A program made the position numbers and the translations under genes. From assembly GCA_034432895.1 (NCBI GenBank), contig DAOUBG010000007.1, forward strand, positions 6,956 to 70,955: a stretch of 64,000 nucleotides of DNA, written 5' to 3'. Of this stretch, positions 44,973 through 54,200 are shown piece after piece. This stretch comes from Anaerolineales bacterium (lineage in GTDB: Bacteria; Chloroflexota; Anaerolineae; Anaerolineales; Villigracilaceae). The notes beneath the pieces are model-generated. The model was not told the DNA's origin and did not search any database. It was given only the letters and a program-made list of their open reading frames with translations. Every line of letters starts with the position of its first letter. Position 1 is the first letter of the stretch.

Positions 44973-46247
44973 ATGCTCAAAGTTGTCTTGCACGCGCCGA
45001 ATCCGATTTTCCCGTTCCATGAGCCGGCGCGCGATCTGCGCATTCAGAATCATCCGCTTTGGCTCTGGCAACGCACCGTGCTCGCTCCGTATGTAGATCG
45101 AGAGCTGGAGCTCCGCCAAGGTCAGCCTCTTCCGCAGCGGCGCGAGGAGATGATCGTCTACCGCGATAATCTCTTTTTTGACGCGCCCTATATTGAGAAA
45201 TTCATTCAAGAAGCTCGGCGTGAGAAACGCGCGGTGCGCGCGGCTTTCTCTGCCGATGATCCGGCTTTTCGGGAACATGCTTTACCGCTTTCAATCTCTT
45301 ACACTCCTGCAGGGAACTTATATCTAGCCGATCTCTGGTACTATCCCAATGGACCTGTGCCGGATGCAGAGCCGCTGGTGATCGACTTAGAAGCTCGAGA
45401 GATCGGCTATTACCACGTTCCGAGCTATATGGCCGGCCAAACCGGTGATCTGACTTTTCAGGTTCCGCTGCGTGCCCTGATAGCTATTGATTCCTGGGTG
45501 CATATTTTTATTGCCGATATTGTTTTTGGTCTTTTTGCGCGTGGCGCTCGCTTCGAGAAGCGACTGAAGGAGAACCTGGGCTTCAAATTAAAGATCCTGG
45601 CTCGTGCTTTATATGAGGGCAAGCAACTCCTAGAGTGTTCTGAACTGGTGAAAATTGGAAAGAATTGCGTGATCGATCCGAGGGCCATTATTCACGGCCC
45701 GACGACTATAGGCGATAATGTCACCATTGGTGCCGGTACGGTGATCGAGAATTGCATTATCGGCAGCAACGTGAACATTTCTCAGGATTGCCAATTGATG
45801 CTTTCGGTTGTGGGGGATGGCACTTTTCTGCCTTTTCGCGCCTCGTTGTTTATGACCACGGTTATGGAGCACAGCATGGTGGCGCAAAATACCTGTTTAC
45901 AGATGTGCGTGGTCGGTCGCAATACGTTTATCGGTGCAGGTTCGACTTGGACGGATTATAATTTGATCCCTATTCCGATCCGTGCCCGTGATGGGCATGG
46001 CGAGTTGAAGCCGGCAAATCGGCCGGTGATGGGCGGATGTGTGGGCCATAACTGCCGAATCGGTTCGGGGATGGTGGTCTATCCGGCGCGCATTATTGAC
46101 TCGGATGTCGTTTTGGCGGCCTCTCAAGAACGGCGTGTGATCACCCGAGATGTGCTCTTTGAGGAGAGTGATCACCATCGTTGGAAACAGGGCTATTTGC
46201 ATCAGGCCCTTTATCATCGCCCCAAACCGGATGCGGAATCCTGGTGA
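44973..46247 (+). CDS. left-handed beta-helix (hexapeptide-repeat) protein with a GlmU-like degenerate nucleotidyltransferase-type N-domain
   Basis: Hexapeptide runs are present: IGKNCVIDPRAIIHGPTTIGDNVTIGAGTVIENCIIGSNVNISQDC...VGRNTFIGAGS...VGHNCRIGSGMVV. The start is at ATG 44973, 1 nt after the V4R stop. Confidence 0.7.
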   Translation: MLKVVLHAPNPIFPFHEPARDLRIQNHPLWLWQRTVLAPYVDRELELRQGQPLPQRREEMIVYRDNLFFDAPYIEKFIQEARREKRAVRAAFSADDPAFREHALPLSISYTPAGNLYLADLWYYPNGPVPDAEPLVIDLEAREIGYYHVPSYMAGQTGDLTFQVPLRALIAIDSWVHIFIADIVFGLFARGARFEKRLKENLGFKLKILARALYEGKQLLECSELVKIGKNCVIDPRAIIHGPTTIGDNVTIGAGTVIENCIIGSNVNISQDCQLMLSVVGDGTFLPFRASLFMTTVMEHSMVAQNTCLQMCVVGRNTFIGAGSTWTDYNLIPIPIRARDGHGELKPANRPVMGGCVGHNCRIGSGMVVYPARIIDSDVVLAASQERRVITRDVLFEESDHHRWKQGYLHQALYHRPKPDAESW

Positions 46248-47350
46248 TGGATACATTTGCTTTTATCATTCACCCGATCGATCCTAAGCGGGATGTCAGC
46301 CGCAAGTTTCCGTTCCTCGGCAAAGTATTGAGCGAACGGCAGATCGACTTTTTCTCTACTTTCTTTCCTCCTGTCTACATTTCGGAGATGGAAGGAATTG
46401 TTTCTGCTGACACCGGTAAAGAGATCAAGGGGTGGTTTGTAGCTTGCCCTTTGACCCCTCGGCGCATGCTGGAATTGCCGGTTTCGCAGGTGTATCAGAA
46501 AATTATCCAGACCGGACGGTTGGCCGAACGTTTGGGCGCAAAAATCCTGGGATTGGGCGCCTTCACCTCGGTGGTCGGTGATGCCGGAATCACGATTGCT
46601 CGCGCATTGGAGATACCGGTGACCACAGGCGATGCATATACGATTGCCATAGCCGTGCAGGCAACGATGAAGGCCGCCGAGATCATGGATTTGCCCCTCT
46701 CAGATGTGACTGTCGCTGTGGTGGGGGCGACCGGCGCGATTGGACGCGTCTGTGCCCATCTTTTGGCCTCGCAGGCCGGGCGCCTACTTTTGATTGCTCG
46801 CAATCCTGAAAAATTGGAAATGCTTGCAATGCAATTGAAGCCTCAGTCGTATGGAGAGGTTGTCTGGAGTACTGATCTATCCGATTTGCGGCAGGCGGCG
46901 GTCATTCTTACCGTTACCAGCGCAATTCATAGTATCATTGAGCCACAGCATTTGATGCCTGGAAGTGTAGTTTGTGATGTGGCACGCCCTCGTGATGTTT
47001 CTGCAATGGTAGCTGCCAGCAGAGATGATATATTGGTAATTGAGGGCGGCATGGTGGATGTTCCCGGTGCCGTGAACTTTCATTTTGATTTTGGATTTCC
47101 GCCCGGCAAAGCCTATGCTTGTATGGCCGAGACAATGGCATTGGCCCTCGAGGGACGTTTTGAGGATTATACTTTAGGAAAAGAGATCTCCCTGGAGCGC
47201 GTTCAGGAGATCACGCGAATCGCTGAGAAACACGGTTTTCGTTTGAGCGGCTTTCGCGCCTTTGAAAAAAACGTGACCGAAGAGCAAATTGAAACGGTCA
47301 AACAGAAGGCGCGATGGAAGCGTGCCGCAGCGAAGCATTCGTCGATCTGA
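46247..47350 (+). CDS. acyl-ACP reductase (AAR)-like NAD(P)-dependent oxidoreductase
   Basis: The protein is collinear with my recollection of cyanobacterial AAR: FAFIIHP, LGLGAFTSVVGD, TTGDAYT, VAVVGATGAIGRVCAHLL, and YACMAETMALALEG with the putative catalytic Cys retained, then ITRIAEKHGFR. The start overlaps the upstream stop (TGATG). Confidence 0.7.
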   Translation: MDTFAFIIHPIDPKRDVSRKFPFLGKVLSERQIDFFSTFFPPVYISEMEGIVSADTGKEIKGWFVACPLTPRRMLELPVSQVYQKIIQTGRLAERLGAKILGLGAFTSVVGDAGITIARALEIPVTTGDAYTIAIAVQATMKAAEIMDLPLSDVTVAVVGATGAIGRVCAHLLASQAGRLLLIARNPEKLEMLAMQLKPQSYGEVVWSTDLSDLRQAAVILTVTSAIHSIIEPQHLMPGSVVCDVARPRDVSAMVAASRDDILVIEGGMVDVPGAVNFHFDFGFPPGKAYACMAETMALALEGRFEDYTLGKEISLERVQEITRIAEKHGFRLSGFRAFEKNVTEEQIETVKQKARWKRAAAKHSSI

Positions 47351-47371
47351 AATCCTCTGCAGGAGGTTCTC

Positions 47372-48274
47372 ATGGGAAAAGCTCGTTTGCTCATTGTGGA
47401 AGATGATCCCGACATTGCCAACATGCTCAAAATCTATTTCACCAGCTTGGATTATGATGTGGAGATCGCCCCTCGAGGTAGGGATGCTCTTGAAAAGACG
47501 CGCCAGGGAATGCCTCATCTCATCATCTTGGATATCATGCTTCCGGATATTGATGGTTACGAGGTATGTCGCACGCTGCGCATGAATACGCGCACTAGTC
47601 ATATTCCGGTGATCTTCCTGACCCAAAAGGATGAACGCAGCGACAAATTACAGGGTCTAGAACTGGGAGCGGATGACTACATTACCAAACCCTTTGATAT
47701 TGAGGAGTTAAAACTGCGTGTCCAGGGTGCCATCCGACGGGCAGAGCGCGAAAGCTTGACCGATCCGCGTTCCGGTTTACCTGCAGGGCGGTTGATCGAG
47801 GATCAACTACGGCGCATCATCCGAGAAAAAGGTTGGGCTTTGCTCGATATCCGCATTAATCACTTTGAAGCCTTTCGCGATGTCTATGGGTTTGTGGCCG
47901 GTGACGATGTGCTGCGCTTTACGGCTATGCTCTTAAGCGAGGTCGTGGATGAACTGGGCACGCCGGATGATTTTATTGGCCATCCGGGAGGAGATAACTT
48001 TATTATTATTACATCTGAGATAGCAGCCCCCAGCATTAAACAGCGGTTGAAAACACGCTTTGCTGAGGAGGTGCTTTCACATTATAACTTTATCGATCGT
48101 CAACAAGGCTTTATGGTGGCGCCTAACAAGGATGGTGTGTTGGAAAAAGTACCTTTTATGAACCTGGCGATCGGTATTTTGCCTTCTACGGAGCATACGT
48201 TTACCGACATTCGCGAAATCACCGAAATGGCGGCTGAAATGCGGCGTCAGGATGTGACATCCAGCCCGGCGTGA
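47372..48274 (+). CDS. response regulator with a degenerate GGDEF output domain
   Basis: It has a REC domain (LLIVEDDPDI...ILDIMLPDIDG...GADDYITKPF) and a GGDEF-like domain whose signature is GGDNF. The upstream FKxxNDxxGH block reads FEAFRDVYGF. Confidence 0.85.
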   Translation: MGKARLLIVEDDPDIANMLKIYFTSLDYDVEIAPRGRDALEKTRQGMPHLIILDIMLPDIDGYEVCRTLRMNTRTSHIPVIFLTQKDERSDKLQGLELGADDYITKPFDIEELKLRVQGAIRRAERESLTDPRSGLPAGRLIEDQLRRIIREKGWALLDIRINHFEAFRDVYGFVAGDDVLRFTAMLLSEVVDELGTPDDFIGHPGGDNFIIITSEIAAPSIKQRLKTRFAEEVLSHYNFIDRQQGFMVAPNKDGVLEKVPFMNLAIGILPSTEHTFTDIREITEMAAEMRRQDVTSSPA

Positions 48275-48293
48275 GATCGTTTGAGATCGGATT

Positions 48294-51200
48294 ATGTTTG
48301 CTAATTTGGGCATTGGACTTACTCTACTCATATCAGGGCTTGGGATCATGCTCTTAATCATCGGCGCTGTGAATTTGTTGCAGCGGCAACAGAGACGCAC
48401 GCCGAGTTCTCCATCCTTTTCTTTGTCTGAAATCTCCGTTGGAGAGGGGCAGGAGGGCATTCTAATTCTGGTGGGAGGTAGGGTTGAATATATCAATGCC
48501 CAAGCGCGTGCCCTTTTTGGCTTGGCGGAAGATGAGTTCCCTGATCTGGAGCGCCTCACGCGCCGTGCCCGTCCGGCCGAAGATTTTCTCGACCTGTGTG
48601 CTTTGCCATCGGAGAAATACTTCACGGTCAATGGTCAACGAGTAGAGGCCCATTCTTATGCTTTGCCTCTTTTTACTGCTGCCACTTTTGTTCGTTTACG
48701 CCCTTTAGAATCCGCCGATACGATTGAAACGCAGAGTGTTCTCAGGGCGTTCATGGAATTTATTCAGGAGATCGGCACGGAAACGAACCTTCCGGATGGT
48801 TTGCAAAAGATTGCTTATCACTTAGCCCACTTTTTTGCCTATGAGTTCCTAGAAATTAAACTTTGGCATCCTGAGCGCGAAGAATGGACTCTTTACACGT
48901 TTAGCGAACGAGATCAATATTTGCCTCGCTCTATTGCGTTCGATGCTTCGCGCTTTGGCGCACAATATCTGAGGCTTTCTTCTGAAAATCCCATACTGGT
49001 TTCTTTTGTCGATGAGTCCTCGGATGCGCCTATTCGTTCTTATCTTGGTCTGTTTTTGGAAATAGGAGGGGAGAAGATTGGGGTACTAGAAATGGGGGCG
49101 TTAGCAGTAGATCGATTTAGTGAAAAAGACGCGCATTTCCTTCAAATGCTGAGAATTCCTCTCAGCATCGCGTTGCACAATATTCTCAAGCAGGAAACAT
49201 TACAACGCCGTTTGGAAGAACTAAGCGGACCGGTTCATTTGGCCCAGGCAATCGGAGCAATCCAAGAACCACAGGAACTGTTTTCACGCTTGATCGAGCA
49301 TCTGCGTCCGTTCTTTCCTGCCGAAGTGCTCGGATTCCTGTTGTATGATGCGGAACGAAATCTGCTTTACGCTCAAAAACCCTTCTATGGCCTACCGGAG
49401 CATATTATCGATATCTATCACGCCATTGTTCCCATTGGCAGCCAGGGTGAAAAGTTGCTCGGAAGACATGATATTGCTTTTACGGCCGATCCGGGAAGTG
49501 ATCCGCTTTGGGTGAGCTTGGGAATTCACACGGTGGCATTAGCAGCCAGTTTGCGTAATGCCGTCCTGGCACCGCTGGTTTCAGGGGAAGAATTCATCGG
49601 CTATTTGCAGATTGCCAATTATCGAGAGGAGACTCCGTTTTCGGATGAGGAGAAACGTGTTCTCGAAAGCTTGATGCCGCAGATCACCAGCATTGTGAAG
49701 GGTGCTCTGTTGGTGCAGCAAGCGCGTCAGCGCTTCCAACGTACTGAGGCACTTCGAAGGATCGCCCAGCTGGTTGTTTCAGAGGTGCCTTTAGATGAGA
49801 TCCTCAAGTTTTCTTTGCAAGAGATGGCACGCCTTTTTCAGGCCGATTTTGGTGCCATCTATTTGCTGGATGAGGAGCGCGGTCGCCTAATCTTACATCG
49901 GCTTTCGTTGTGGAATGTTTCTCCCGAACAAGCAACGCATCTCGAAGAATTGTATCTGGGACAAGATTACTATCACACCATTTCCGGCGCACAATGTCCC
50001 TTTATCTCGAGTTATTTGAGCCGTGATGAGCGCGTACTGCCGCTCTATCGTGGGATTGTTGAACGTTTTGGGGTAGAGTCCTCTATGGTCGTCCCTTTGA
50101 TTGCGCGTGGTCGGAGCCTGGGGGAATTGATGTTGGGGAAAAAGGCCACCAACGCCTTTCGCCATGAGGACCTACAGGTATTGTTAACGGCTGTCAGCCA
50201 ATTGGCTAGTGCTATTGAGAGTCGTCGTCTGTATGGCCTGACAGACGAAGCATTGCAACGCCGCTTGGACCTTTTTTCTGCAATGACCCGTATTACCCGT
50301 GAGTTGCATGTTGTTTTGGATGTTAAGCGGGTGATGCGGGTGATTCACGACGAAAGCTTACGGTTGTTGAAGGCCGATTGTGGTTCGATTTACCTTTTGG
50401 TCGAAAATGGCTCTGAGGCTTCGCCACGCTTTGAGCGGCTTTTCGGGTGTGAAATGGAATCCTTGCTTCCTTATGAAATCGAAGCGATCCAGAAACGAGA
50501 AACCCTATTCCTGGATTTTTCTCAAAAGGAAACTTCTCTTTCGCCGCACGAGGAAGTGCGTTCAGCGTTGGTCTCTCCGATCCTGTATGGGGATCGGGCG
50601 ATCGGTTTGCTCGATCTTCACTTTCACCGTCGTCGTTCTGTAGATGAAGACACCATCCAGATTCTTGAAATGTTAGCCGCTCAAGCCGGGATTGCCTTGG
50701 TCAATGCCCGCGCCTACGCAAAAGAGCTGGAACAGGCCGCCCTTTTCCGTATCCGTGCTCAGGCGCTCCAGGAACTGGAATCCTTGAACCGGCGACTGAG
50801 TGCAACTTCTTCGCTGGAAGAAGCTTTGCATGAGGTGGCCGTTTCGATCACTCGTGTCTCGCCGTTTGACGTGGCGCTGATTAGCGTTTATCAGCCCCAA
50901 GAAGGAATGTTGCGCCGTGTGGCTGGAGTGGGGATTGCACCGGAAACGATGCGGGAACTATTGCTCAGGCATCAGCCCTGGGAAGCCTTACAGACCTTAT
51001 TACGACCGGAATTTCGGATTGAGCAGGCTTATTTCATTCCTGCCGAGCAAATGCCGGTCATTCCTCCTGAAGTGCACACGGTTACCCTGGCTACGGCCGC
51101 TTCTGAATCCCAGGCAAATGTCTGGAACCCTGAAGATTTCCTGCTCTTTCCGCTTTTGGATGCCGATGGGAGCCCGGTAGGTCTGATCAGTGTGGATATG

Positions 51201-54200
51201 CCGCGTGACAAGCGTCGCCCGGATCGGGTGACCATCGAGGTAATTCAAGCCTTCGCTGCCCAGGCGACGCGCTGGATTTTGCACTTCCGGCGGTTAGAAG
51301 AGGCGCAAACGGAAGTTGAACGGACGCAGATCGCCTTGCAGCGTCAGCAGATGCTGTTCTCGGTGGCGCAAGGACAATTACCGGTTCTGTTGCATAACGA
51401 TCTGGAGCATGTTCTGTCATTGCACGCGCTGGAAAGCCGGCAGCGTCGTATTCGCGCGATCTTGACGATTACCGAGGTGGTCAGCCGTCAGCCGGATGTT
51501 AATATGGCATTGACCCAATTGGGACGGGAACTGCTCACCCGTCTGGAGATGAGCACAGTGCTGGTGGCCGAAGCGAGCGCTGAGGGACCTGTGCTGCGCC
51601 AAGTTTTCGGACAGATTCCTGCAGATGCTTATGTAGAAACGCTCTTCGGCCAACGTAATCCTTTGCGCGTAGCCCTCCAAAGCGGTGAATTGATGTTGGT
51701 CTCCACTCTTGAGGAAAGCGAGGAATGGCGCGATAACCCTCTATTAAACGCTTTGAACACCAAGGGTTTCATCTGCTTACCGCTAGTGGTGGGCGAAAAT
51801 CCGAGCGCGGCCGTGCTGGCGATTAGTAACCAGCCTTTGCCGGCTTTTACCGAGGATGATCGAGCGCTCTATGCACAGGTTAGCCGACAGTTAGCCATTA
51901 TTCTCCAGAATATTTCTCTGTTCACCCAAACACGCCGCCGCTTGCAGGAAGTTAACCTGTTGTTGGAATTCAGCCGACGTATTGCTGGGGCCGGGCCGAT
52001 AGAAATCTTCGAACTTCTGTTGAGCAATGTGCGTCAGGTGATCACAGCAGCGCATGCCGGCGTGGCGTTGCTTTGGAATGAACGCGAACGCGTTTTGGAA
52101 CCTGTGGTGGCACAGGGCTATATGGATAGCAAAGCCATGCTGGCCATGCGCTATCGCAGCGGGGAAGCCTTACCCGGCCAGGTCTTTGAGAGCCGTCGAG
52201 TGCGTCGGGTGGTGGAAGTTAACTTTATGCGCGATTACCCACTGAACCCGGAGCAACTATCGCTTTATCGTCAAGCTGTTGCCCAGCGCTTACCGGTTTC
52301 GTCGTTAGTGGTGCCTATCCAAAGTGCTAATACTACTCTGGGTGTGCTTGTGTTGGATAATTTCAATCAGCCGCAAGCCTTTTCCCAGGCAGATGAAGAT
52401 CTGGTTCTCTCTCTGACACAACAGGTAACGTTGTTCCTGGAGAATATGCGCCTGTTGCAGGCCGCTCAGGAGCGTGCTTTGCAGATGGAGGCGCTTTCCT
52501 CGGCAGCCACCGAACTCACTGCACGCCTCCACCGCGAGGATATTATTGCCACCCTTCTGGATCGACTCAAGGGGATTCTTCCTTACGATGCGGCAATCCT
52601 GTGGTTGCGAGAAGGGGATCGAATGCGTGTCTGGGCGGCGCGCGGTTTTTCCGATCTGGAAGAGTATCAGGGACTTTCCCTTTCGATTCACGAGAGCGCT
52701 TTGCTCCAAGAGATGATACGGACCGGCCAACCGCTCTCAGTCGAGGATGTACGCAACGATCCACGCTTTCCACCAATGGAGGCGGCGCGTCTTTCTTGGT
52801 TGGGGCTGCCGTTGATGGCAAAAGGTGAATTGATCGGCGTGATCGCTTTGGAAAAATGGGAGGCCCATTTTTATACCCATGAGAAAATTCAGCTAGGTTT
52901 GACGTTTGCAAACCAAGCCGCGATCGCTCTGGAGAATGCCCGCCTATTTGACGAAAGCCAACAACGCGCGGCAGAACTTGATGAACGTTCTCGCCGTCTG
53001 AGCGTGCTCAATCGCCTTTCGGGCAGGTTGGCCGCAACGTTGGACGCGGATGAGATTTTACGCCTGACCGCCGGAGAGCTCTTCGGCGCGCTAAATGCTG
53101 ATTTTCTTGCGGGCATTGTCTTTGTAGAAGAACACCCGTATTTGCATTCCGTGCTTCCTTCGGGGCGGTTGGCATCCACGGAAATTTCCCCTTCTCCTCT
53201 TTTCCAACGGTTTATCGAGGGGAGTGGTGTCTTTGTGACCGAAAGGGCGGCTCAAGAGCCCGACCTGCAACCCCTTTTACCGGCATGGAGACAGGAACTG
53301 CCGTATTTGCTTGCCTTGCCTTTGATGATCGGCGAGGCCTTGCGAGCTGTCTACCTGATTCAGCGATTGAACACTCCTTTCACCGCTGCGGAGATCGAAC
53401 TGGCGCGCACCATGGCCAACCAGACCTCCATTGCTCTGGAAAACGCGCGTCTCTATCAATCTACTGTACGCACCGCCGAACGCTTTGCTATTCTGAACCA
53501 AGTGAGCGCGGAGATCGGCGCAACACTGGAGATCGAAGAACTTGCCCAAACGGTATATCAGGCTGCTACCCGTCTTTTCCCGCTGGAGGCGTTTGTCTTT
53601 GCCCTGGCCAATGAGGCCGAGCGTGTGGTGGAGGTCGCCTATCTTGTAGATAAAGGAGAAGTGCTGACTCCAATGCGGCTGAAATGGGGTCAAGGGATTA
53701 GTGGACAAGTTATCGCCGGTGGCGAGCCCATTCTGACGCATACGTTGGAGGAGAGCAGAGCCTTGCGCGCAGCACCGCGTGGCGAATTGCCCGCATCCAT
53801 TTTAGCCGTGCCTATTCGTCAGGGAGAAAAGGTTGTCGGTGCGCTTTCGATCCAGAGCTATCGTCCCTATGCTTACACCGACGAGGATTTGCAAATTTTC
53901 AGCACGTTATCCAACCAGGTGAGCGTGGCATTGCAGAATGCGCGCCTGTTTGCCGAGGCGCAGGCGCTGGCCGAAAACCTCGAACAACGGGTGCGCGAAC
54001 GTACGGCGGAACTGGAGCGCGAGAAGCGCAATACCGAAACCCTCTTGCGCATTTTCAGCGAAGTCTCTGCCACGCTGGATCTCGACCGTGCCTTACATCG
54101 TACCCTGAGCCTGCTCAACGATGCAGTGGGGGCAGAGCAAGGCACGATCATGCTTCTAAATCCGCAGGATTTTCTTCTCTACTATCGTGCTGGATATGGA

